DNA of 51,022 nt from Candidatus Thorarchaeota archaeon (lineage in GTDB: Archaea; Asgardarchaeota; Thorarchaeia; Thorarchaeales; Thorarchaeaceae). Numbering within the stretch: the stretch's first letter is position 1; every line of letters starts with the position of its first letter. The notes under the pieces were generated by a model, which saw only the letters and a list, made by a program, of their open reading frames with translations, searched no databases and had not been told where the DNA came from. This document shows positions 1-7,443 of the stretch, piece by piece. The DNA lies in assembly GCA_038893995.1 (NCBI GenBank), contig JAWAQK010000012.1, forward strand, positions 1-51,022, read 5' to 3'. The position numbers were made by a program, and so were the translations under genes.

Positions 1-1131
1 GTAGGGCTTCAGTCCCCCGATGAGTTCGGTCATATACCCTCTCATGACTGAATCCGTAGCGGCCATTCTGACGACTGTTTCCATATTGTCCTCTGAGTTG
101 AACATGAGGTTTGCTAGGAAGTTCGATATGCTCAGTTCCTTCCTCAGCAGCCTGGATCTCCTGTCGTATTCGTGAACATCCTGTATGTTGCCACGGACCA
201 GTTCTACAGCGACCTGACCAGCAATTCGTCCGGTTTCTATAGCATAGTATATCCCCTCTCCAGTTGCAGGAGAGACGAACCCTCCGGCGTCACCCGCAAG
301 CATGACTAGTCTAGAGGCTGCAGTATTGATGGGACCCGCCAGTGGCACTCTCATGGCGCTGGTCTCAGAGAGATCGACCCTGATACCATTGCGTTCCTCA
401 AATGACCTCACAAACCGTTCCCATGCCCTCTTGAGGTCCCTTGCGTATGACACCAGACACCCCATCCCAAGGCTGACCTCCTCCCTCTTGGGGAAGCACC
501 ATGCGTAGCCATGCTTGAGTCCACCAAAGAATATCTCAATGCAGATGCGTCTGGAGCCCTCATAGGGTCCAAGGGTTATTCGCTCGATGTCAGAGGAGTC
601 CATCGGTACACGCGCCTCGAGGCATAGACCAACCTCGCTGTTAGACCATGCAGTCTTCAGACCAGTCGAGCGTGCCACCCGGCTGTTGACACCGTCTGCA
701 CCGACCAGGCAACGCGAAGAAAACGTTGTCCCGTCAGCACACAATACTGATACATAATCGGTGTGCTCCTCGACGTCTACGACCTCATACGGTGCCCTCA
801 CCTCCGCACCGGCCTCTGCGGCCTTCTCCAGCAGGTGATGATCGAAGTTGCTCCTTCGAACAGTGTAACCGGTGGCCTCGTTCTTCGTGCATACCACCTT
901 CAGTCCCGAGGGCGCATACAGATGCGAACCGCAGGCCTCGCGTTCTATCACCGACCTTATGTCAAAGTCCAGAATGTCGGGCAAGCTAGCCCTAAAACCA
1001 CCGGCGCAGACCTTTCGTCTGGGATGCTGTTCCTTATCCAGGACCAGGACATGCAGTCCGTTCTTGGCGGCCCACCGGGCGCATGTCGAACCTGCAGGAC
1101 CGCCTCCAACTACTATCAGGTCGTACTTCAC
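1..1131 (-). CDS. Geranylgeranyl reductase family flavoprotein (3' end runs off the window)
   Basis: Manual translation from GTG at 1131: MKYDLIVVGGGPAGSTCARWAAKNGLHVLVLDKEQHPRRKVCAGG. Later GYAWCFPK and LAGDAGGFVSPATGEGIYYA motifs are typical of GGR/DGGPL reductases. Absent from the ORF track because there is no stop in the window. Confidence 0.9.
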   Translation of the reverse strand, partial: MKYDLIVVGGGPAGSTCARWAAKNGLHVLVLDKEQHPRRKVCAGGFRASLPDILDFDIRSVIEREACGSHLYAPSGLKVVCTKNEATGYTVRRSNFDHHLLEKAAEAGAEVRAPYEVVDVEEHTDYVSVLCADGTTFSSRCLVGADGVNSRVARSTGLKTAWSNSEVGLCLEARVPMDSSDIERITLGPYEGSRRICIEIFFGGLKHGYAWCFPKREEVSLGMGCLVSYARDLKRAWERFVRSFEERNGIRVDLSETSAMRVPLAGPINTAASRLVMLAGDAGGFVSPATGEGIYYAIETGRIAGQVAVELVRGNIQDVHEYDRRSRLLRKELSISNFLANLMFNSEDNMETVVRMAATDSVMRGYMTELIGGLKPY

Positions 1132-1346
1132 CTGTCACACCTGTGGTCTGCGGAACCAAACCAGTATTTACACGTTGCATATCGAAGTCTAATCCGGCAT
1201 GTGACGAACCAATTACTCTATCTCCAGACATCACGCCGGTCACATTCGATTCCAATAGAATACCGTCAGGTCGTAAGAGACGTTTCCCAGTAACTCGAAA
1301 GGCTTCTATGTGGGCAGTGGGGCTGTATGCCTACGGGTGCAGCCGG

Positions 1347-1771
1347 TTGCCATACTTTGATAGCACAGAGCAGCTCCGAGATGTATCCACAGAATTCTGG
1401 TCGCGAGTCGAACAAGAGACCGAGGTCATGAATGAGATTCGGTCCTCTAAGATCGTGGTGAGTTCGACATAGAGAATCCAGAGATCCATGTAACGATCAA
1501 CTTCCGGGACCCCGATCCTCAGGGAAGAGTAGGGACGATATATTTCGACTCCTCTGTCGAGCCGGAGATAAGAGCCTGGAGTACGTCTGAAACCACCAAC
1601 AGGTTCTGGCAGGGTAAGCTAGACACAACGATTGCCATGGCAAAGGGAGAGGTGAAGATGGAGGGTTCTATCGCGAAGGCACTTGGCTTGCTGTCCAAGA
1701 TCAAGCCACTGGTCCGAATCTTTCCTGAGGTCCTGCACGAGATGGGTCTTGACCATATGGTATTACAATGA
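1347..1771 (+). pseudogene. SCP2 sterol/lipid-binding domain protein interrupted by a -1 frameshift near 1461
   Basis: TTG at 1347 gives PYFDSTEQLRDVSTEFWSRVEQ...SSKIVV and stops at 1472. The -1 frame from 1463 continues FDIENPEIHVTINFRD...TTNRFWQGKLDTTIAMAKGEVKMEGSIAKALGLL to TGA at 1769-1771. The G-K-L-D...A...G.VK.EG pattern is the SCP2 C-terminal signature. Confidence 0.75.
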
Positions 1772-1884
1772 CGACAGCCTTTCCTCGTCGTAGTGATGGC
1801 CAGTCTTCCCATCATATGTGCAAGAACTGCTTAAGTACATCTTGTACTAATGATACCCAAACATCTGTGTGGAAAGCTTGTGCC

Positions 1885-3189
1885 ATGAAGAATGAAGCGC
1901 TTACGGTTAGCGGTGCGTTGGGAATTGGACTGACCACTGTCATAGGATCTGGCATCTGGAAGGACTCTCTCCTGTGGGCTAATTCTGCTGGAGTCTTCAG
2001 CCTCGTTGCGGTCGTACTTGCATGGGTCCTGATGTTGACTGTTGGTATTTCCTATGCTGAGTGCGTTGGAATGTTTCCACAAGGAGGCGGCCCTTACAGC
2101 TATGTCAAGGGTGCCTTCGGCACAAGTGTTGGTGCATTCACAGGTCTGCTCTATTACGCAGCCTACTGCTTCATCGGATCTGTCCTTGTGTTCCTGACTG
2201 CGCTCTTCAGCCTGATCGCAGCTGAGATTGCGACAGGGCTGACATTGGTGACGACGCTGAATCTTGCTCTAGTATCTGCTCTAGTGATATTCCTCATCGG
2301 TGGATCCAGCTATCTCCTGAGCATTGTCGGATTTGGAAAGGTTGCTCTTGCATGGGTCTGTGCTAAGATCATACTCGTGGTTGTTGTGTTTTCGTTTCTG
2401 TTTGCGAACTGGAGTACCCCGTCTACTTCACCGCCATCAATCGAGGGATTCAACAGTGCCCTCAACAATAGCATCTGGGCAATACTGGGCTTTGAACTAA
2501 TGTTGATCTTTGCAAGAGACCTCAAGGACCCGACAAGGAACATGCCCCGCGCCATCCTGATCACATTGCCTGTGTTTCTCGTGGTGTACCTCTTTGTGTC
2601 TATGGCGGCATCAGGGACAATTGCACCCGGCGACGTTCCCTCCGGTTCGGGGTCTGCCTATCTCCTGAATCTACTTGCAATCAAGACCGGGTTCCCCGAG
2701 TCACTGGTCTTCTCGTTTGCAGCCTTCTCTGCAGCCGGTACAGCCTTTGCCATGATTAACGGACTCTCAAGGCAGGCACAGATCATGGCAGACGACGGTC
2801 ACCTCCCAGCTGCAATCAAGAGAAAGGAGTACACCGTGATGTTCAGTACTCTGATTGTGCTCGTGGTGTGTCTTGTGATGGTATTGACTTCGGATGCGTG
2901 GGACTCAGTCGGCAACTTTGCCACAGCAGGCCTTGGGCTTGTACTCATCTCCACAATGCTGCCTGCGGGTCTGACTGCATTCTATCTCAGAGTAAAGATG
3001 CCCGCGCTGAGCCGCCCATTCAAGTCACCGCTCCACCTCATTGTGTTTCCGCTTGCAATTCTGCTGAGCATCTATCTGATACTGATCAACTACATGGATA
3101 TCGTCACCGTATGGCCCGCGGTCCTATTGACTCTCGGCGTCATGGCGTTGACCCTAGTGTTGGACAGGATCCGCCGAGGTGAGTCCTGA
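1885..3189 (+). CDS. APC-family amino acid permease
   Basis: About 12 hydrophobic segments; TM1 GLTTVIGSGIW, PQGGGPYSYV, TM6 WAILGFE, KDPTRNMPRAI and RPFKSP motifs. ATG 1885 preferred over 1768. Confidence 0.9.
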   Translation: MKNEALTVSGALGIGLTTVIGSGIWKDSLLWANSAGVFSLVAVVLAWVLMLTVGISYAECVGMFPQGGGPYSYVKGAFGTSVGAFTGLLYYAAYCFIGSVLVFLTALFSLIAAEIATGLTLVTTLNLALVSALVIFLIGGSSYLLSIVGFGKVALAWVCAKIILVVVVFSFLFANWSTPSTSPPSIEGFNSALNNSIWAILGFELMLIFARDLKDPTRNMPRAILITLPVFLVVYLFVSMAASGTIAPGDVPSGSGSAYLLNLLAIKTGFPESLVFSFAAFSAAGTAFAMINGLSRQAQIMADDGHLPAAIKRKEYTVMFSTLIVLVVCLVMVLTSDAWDSVGNFATAGLGLVLISTMLPAGLTAFYLRVKMPALSRPFKSPLHLIVFPLAILLSIYLILINYMDIVTVWPAVLLTLGVMALTLVLDRIRRGES

Positions 3190-3192
3190 TAG

Positions 3193-3855
3193 GTGACTGT
3201 TCTGAGGGTGGCCTGCACATGCGGCAGGACATTCACCGCAGATGTAGACTTGGAGAGAGTGAGGGAAAGGTTGTCCAGGACTGGTCTGGTGCCGCTTCTA
3301 ATCTCTCATGAGGACCACCTCGTGACGCTATATGTCGACGCCAACGGGTCGGTGAGAGGAGTCGAGAGTGTCCTTCTCGTGGAAGCTGGAATGGCCGCGA
3401 CTGCAGTGTCTGAGGAACTTGGGACAGACCAGATTGAGGCATTGGTTGAGGAGATGTGGAAACTGAGTAGCCCCTTCAAGGACTACGGGCGTTTTCTGTC
3501 GTCTGTAGTCATGCGCCTCAAGACGCCAGAGTCCCTGTTCCTTGCCGGCGAGTTCACCGGGCGAAAGATGTGGACCGAGTGGCGACGCGAGATACTCAGA
3601 ATGGGCGCCCGATATCAACCGGACCTAGGCATCATAGTCAAATCAGAACTCAGGCCGATCCTCGAACGGGCTGGTATGACTCGACCCAAGGGAGACACAA
3701 GACTTGAGATCTACAATATCATCTCTCCTCAGTTTGTGGTCGGTATGGCTCAGGGCGTTCTAGATGCCATCTCGGAGGCTGCAGAGGGACAGATGAGGGT
3801 CAAGATAGAATACACCGTTTCTGGGAATGTCGTGTCACTCTCTCTCGTTCAGTGA
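3193..3855 (+). CDS. Hypothetical protein: N-terminal CxC/HxxH putative Zn domain plus C-terminal V4R/Bet3(TRAPPC3)-like domain
   Basis: Starts 3 nt after the permease stop. N-terminal CTCG...SHEDHLVTLYVDANGSVRGVE. C-terminal LFLAGEFTGRKMW and FVVGMAQGVLDAI resemble the conserved helices of V4R/Bet3-fold proteins. Fold assignment is by pattern only. Confidence 0.6.
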   Translation: MTVLRVACTCGRTFTADVDLERVRERLSRTGLVPLLISHEDHLVTLYVDANGSVRGVESVLLVEAGMAATAVSEELGTDQIEALVEEMWKLSSPFKDYGRFLSSVVMRLKTPESLFLAGEFTGRKMWTEWRREILRMGARYQPDLGIIVKSELRPILERAGMTRPKGDTRLEIYNIISPQFVVGMAQGVLDAISEAAEGQMRVKIEYTVSGNVVSLSLVQ

Positions 3856-3893
3856 TCCAGGACCACCATATCACTGCTGCACAGTATCTCACG

Positions 3894-4595
3894 CTACTGG
3901 ACAGGTTTCAGCTGGCGCATCACTCTATCAGCGAGTGACTCATAGACGCTTGCTCCGTATAGTTTCGTCAACATATTACGGATACTCTCGATGAGTTGCT
4001 TCTCCTCCTCCGGAGGAAGATCATCAGTCAACCAGACAAGGGACTGCCCGATGGTGACCAGGCGCGGATGTAGGGAGGCGATCTGTTTTGGGGAAAGATA
4101 GTCCCCGGCCTCATACAGCAACCCCTGAACGAACGAGTCAGGTACGGGCCTGAAAACCTTCTCTACGGCATTGAGGTTGGTCCTAGTCAGATCCGCCATG
4201 ACTTGGTCAAACGATCTGAAGGCGGAGGGGTCTGTGGCTGGATCCCTGAGCAGACTCTTGAATTGACCTCTCTCGTAGCTGAGAAAGCCCGCTATGATGA
4301 GTTCTAATGCCCGTTGGAGCTGTTCTTTCTCCTTTGTACGTGCGTCCGCCTGTAGTACGAATTGATACTCTATCTCTTTTCCGTCCTTTCCCTTGATGCT
4401 GACTGTACGGAAGGTGAACAGAAAACCTCCGGCCTCGATCGAGTGAATCTTGGTCCGGTCCTGGGAGAACAGACTCTCAGAAAACGCCTGAACTGCAGAT
4501 ATGAATCCCCCCAGAAAGGTCTCGTCATTGAGCAGGTTCCCTGAGTAGCGATATATCGCTGTGTTGTTTCGAAATATGACCAATCCCTTGATCAT
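3894..4595 (-). CDS. Longin-like domain protein with C-terminal extension
   Basis: MIKGLVIFRNNTAIYRY (two beta strands), FLGGFISAVQAFSESLF (helix), IHSIEAGGFLFTF and YQFVLQAD (strands) fit the longin beta-beta-alpha-beta-beta-beta-alpha-alpha pattern of Asgard longin-like proteins. ATG at 4595. Confidence 0.65.
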   Translation of the reverse strand: MIKGLVIFRNNTAIYRYSGNLLNDETFLGGFISAVQAFSESLFSQDRTKIHSIEAGGFLFTFRTVSIKGKDGKEIEYQFVLQADARTKEKEQLQRALELIIAGFLSYERGQFKSLLRDPATDPSAFRSFDQVMADLTRTNLNAVEKVFRPVPDSFVQGLLYEAGDYLSPKQIASLHPRLVTIGQSLVWLTDDLPPEEEKQLIESIRNMLTKLYGASVYESLADRVMRQLKPVQ

Positions 4596-4599
4596 AGTG

Positions 4600-5382
4600 T
4601 CAACCTGTCTCCGAGCGATAGAACGATAGGAAAGACAGAGACCCGGCCAGCACGACGAGGTAGCCAATCAACAGGAACAGGTCCGTGACATTGTAGGCAG
4701 TCCCAGACAGACCCGTTCGTTCGGCGTAAGCATATAGGATGTCACCGATTGCCGTTGCCACAAAACCGATCGCAAGCAATGTCCACGGCCTTGCTATCTG
4801 CCCGAACCTGAACCTCGTCAGAGTTCTTGTTGACGGTGCCAGAACTGCAAGATCCAACACCACATAGGTCACGACGATCATAGTTTCGAGACTCTGGTCC
4901 TCGAGAAGCAGTGAACCGCTGAGAGCAACTACAGCGAGTGATGCTACTGCCATAATGGTACCCCACACAACCTTATCGTACCCCGACATTCGGACCTTTA
5001 TTCTAAAGTCGTTGATCGTAAGAACGATTATCATAGGAATATATCCGGCTATCCAGAGCAGGTCCGCAGGAGACGGAAAGGGATCCATCGAATTGACCCC
5101 GTAGTAGAACCAGATCCCCTCTGCAATTGCCCATAGCAGGAATCCCAGTGACATACCGAGCACCCACAACCCTACTCTCTTGTACTCGAACTCGCGGGAG
5201 ACTAGGTAGAGGCTCAAGGTATTCAGAGTCGCCAGTGTGACTGCAAGAAACGACTCTATGCTTGCTGCCTGAGCGACGTCGACTGGTCTGGTAATGAACC
5301 AGACCACAAGCAGGCATATTCCAATGAGCGCAACTAGTACTGGGCGGTTCTCACTGTTACGGATCGTCTTGGTCGTCTGCAC
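4600..5382 (-). CDS. Stand-alone 8-TM membrane protein, MASE-like sensor domain
   Basis: Eight hydrophobic segments in two internal repeats (LWAIAEGIW...FPSPADLLWIAGY and PWTLLAIGF...GDILYAY...TDLFLLIGY). This pattern is usually the N-terminal membrane module of diguanylate cyclases or kinases. Start GTG 5382 is approximate. Confidence 0.7.
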   Translation of the reverse strand: MQTTKTIRNSENRPVLVALIGICLLVVWFITRPVDVAQAASIESFLAVTLATLNTLSLYLVSREFEYKRVGLWVLGMSLGFLLWAIAEGIWFYYGVNSMDPFPSPADLLWIAGYIPMIIVLTINDFRIKVRMSGYDKVVWGTIMAVASLAVVALSGSLLLEDQSLETMIVVTYVVLDLAVLAPSTRTLTRFRFGQIARPWTLLAIGFVATAIGDILYAYAERTGLSGTAYNVTDLFLLIGYLVVLAGSLSFLSFYRSETG

Positions 5383-5521
5383 CGTATATCTCAACCAGGG
5401 GCCAGTCTCGCATTGTCCGAGATAAACTCTGTTGGAGTGTATCCTGTTAGTATCAGTATCTCTGCCAGCTGTAGCACAAGACTCTTCTTCGGACCAAGGA
5501 TTTGTGTCTGCGGACGATCCC

Positions 5522-7192
5522 ATGAAGTTTGCAATGGCTCAGATCAATCCTACAGTTGGGGACCTGAAAGGGAACAGTGTCTTGATATCGGAAACGATAC
5601 GTCTAGCGAAACAGTCGGGAGCGTGCCTGGTCATGTTTCCCGAACTTTCCGTGACAGGATATCCCCCTCAGGATCTGCTCTACCAACACGACTTCGTGAA
5701 CATGAACATCGACTATGTCCGAAGAATCTGTGCCGTCGAGCCGGATATGACGGTGGTCGTTGGATTTGTGGATCGTGACCACCAATGGAACCTCTACAAT
5801 GCCGCTGCAATCATATCACATGGCCAAATAGTAGACATCGTCAGAAAGACACTCCTCCCCACCTACGATGTATTCGACGAGGCAAGATACTTTGCTCCCC
5901 AGAGGCCAGACCAGATACGACCTGTGAATGTCACCCTTGAGGGAAGGACTGTGATGTTGGGTGTTGAGATATGCGAGGATCTGTGGGACACCTCGTACGA
6001 CACCAAAGTGACAGACATCCTTTCGCGTCGAGGCGCCCAACTAGTGCTCAACATCTCAGCCTCTCCATTTCATGTTGGGAAGGGCCGAGAGAGACTAGAT
6101 CTGCTTGCCTCAAAGGCTAGGTCAAACGGTGTCCCGATGTTACTGGTCAACATGGTCGGTGGACAGGATGAGCTGGTCTTCGATGGTCAGAGCATTGCAG
6201 TGGATGCCTCAGGCGAATGTATAGCCTATGGAAAGGCGTTCGAGGAAGAAATCGTATACGTAGACATCGACCCGCTGACGATGACCGCAGCCAAAGTCAT
6301 ACCACCATCGCCAGCCGCCGTCGTCGAGGTATACCATGCGCTCGTACTGGGGGTCCGTGACTATTTCAGGAAGACTGGGTTCAAGCGCGCAGTCCTTGGA
6401 CTCAGTGGTGGTATTGACTCCTCGGTCAGTGTCTGCATAGCTGCTGACGCCCTCGGACCCGAGAATGTCATTGGCGTATCGATGCCATCACGCTTCTCAT
6501 CAGAGCATAGCAAGAGGGACGCAGCTGCCATTGCAGAGAACCTCGGCATATGCTACCTGACCCAGCCCATTCAAGGGATAGTGGAATCTTACCATAGGGA
6601 ACTTGAAACCACACTCACCGAGATCAGAACGGTATTCAAGGTGGATGCCCGCGAAGAGGACCCGGTTGCAGACGAGAACATCCAACCACGAGTCCGGGGC
6701 AACTGCCTGATGGACATCTCCAACAGGTTCAAGTCCCTCAGGATAATGGTCCTCAACACGGGCAACAAGACGGAGCTTGCACTTGGGTTCTGCACACTCT
6801 ATGGTGACCTGACAGGAGGTCTAGGTGTACTCGGCGATGTCAGTAAGCTCATGGTCTACGAACTGGGCAGATACATAAATACCAGAGCCGGTAGGGAGAT
6901 CATTCCGCAGAGTGTCTTTGAGAAGCGTCCGTCGCCTGAACTCAAGGAGAATCAGTTTGATCCATTCGACTTCGATATTGTCAGTCCACTTGTCGATGAG
7001 ATCGTTGAGAACAGGAGAGGCCGTGCTGAGCTCATTGCCATGGGCTATCCTCCAGACGTTGTTGACGACACGCTGACGAGGATAAGAAGGGCGGAGTACA
7101 AGCGCTGGCAGGCTCCCCCATGCATCAAGATAACCAGGAGGGCTTTCGGAACTGGGTGGAAGATGCCAATAGTGAACCACTATGCAGGTTAG
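5522..7192 (+). CDS. nadE: Glutamine-dependent NAD+ synthetase
   Basis: Nitrilase domain with E-K-C triad (FPEL, RKTLLP, EICEDLW) fused to an NAD synthase domain (GLSGGIDS, ENIQPRVRG, TGNKTE, TLYGD). Start ATG 5522 (MKFAMAQIN). Confidence 0.95.
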   Translation: MKFAMAQINPTVGDLKGNSVLISETIRLAKQSGACLVMFPELSVTGYPPQDLLYQHDFVNMNIDYVRRICAVEPDMTVVVGFVDRDHQWNLYNAAAIISHGQIVDIVRKTLLPTYDVFDEARYFAPQRPDQIRPVNVTLEGRTVMLGVEICEDLWDTSYDTKVTDILSRRGAQLVLNISASPFHVGKGRERLDLLASKARSNGVPMLLVNMVGGQDELVFDGQSIAVDASGECIAYGKAFEEEIVYVDIDPLTMTAAKVIPPSPAAVVEVYHALVLGVRDYFRKTGFKRAVLGLSGGIDSSVSVCIAADALGPENVIGVSMPSRFSSEHSKRDAAAIAENLGICYLTQPIQGIVESYHRELETTLTEIRTVFKVDAREEDPVADENIQPRVRGNCLMDISNRFKSLRIMVLNTGNKTELALGFCTLYGDLTGGLGVLGDVSKLMVYELGRYINTRAGREIIPQSVFEKRPSPELKENQFDPFDFDIVSPLVDEIVENRRGRAELIAMGYPPDVVDDTLTRIRRAEYKRWQAPPCIKITRRAFGTGWKMPIVNHYAG

Positions 7193-7443
7193 TACGGCAA
7201 GTGTCCACTGCCCAGAGGTTGCCCCAACCACCAGCAGTCAAGAGTCCTGAATGGCCACATGACATTGAAACGACACCGGCCAGATGCTGTCTGCTCCTCT
7301 ACCTGGCGACAGATTCGCAACGAAACTATGGCCTTGGTATACCACCAAAAGCGTTTTCTTATGTTTCGAGGTCGCTTCGCCATCAGCCTGACTAGAAAGG
7401 GAGGACCTGAAACACGGAAGACGTTGCATGGCATTGTATTGAT

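Noticed and set aside
302-1293. Plus-strand ORFs such as 763..1293 (176 aa)
   Set aside because: Antisense shadows of the minus-strand geranylgeranyl reductase; no motifs.
7193-7410. Possible yybP-ykoY (Mn2+) riboswitch upstream of the P-type ATPase
   Set aside because: Only a loose AAAGGGAG resemblance, better explained as a Shine-Dalgarno sequence.
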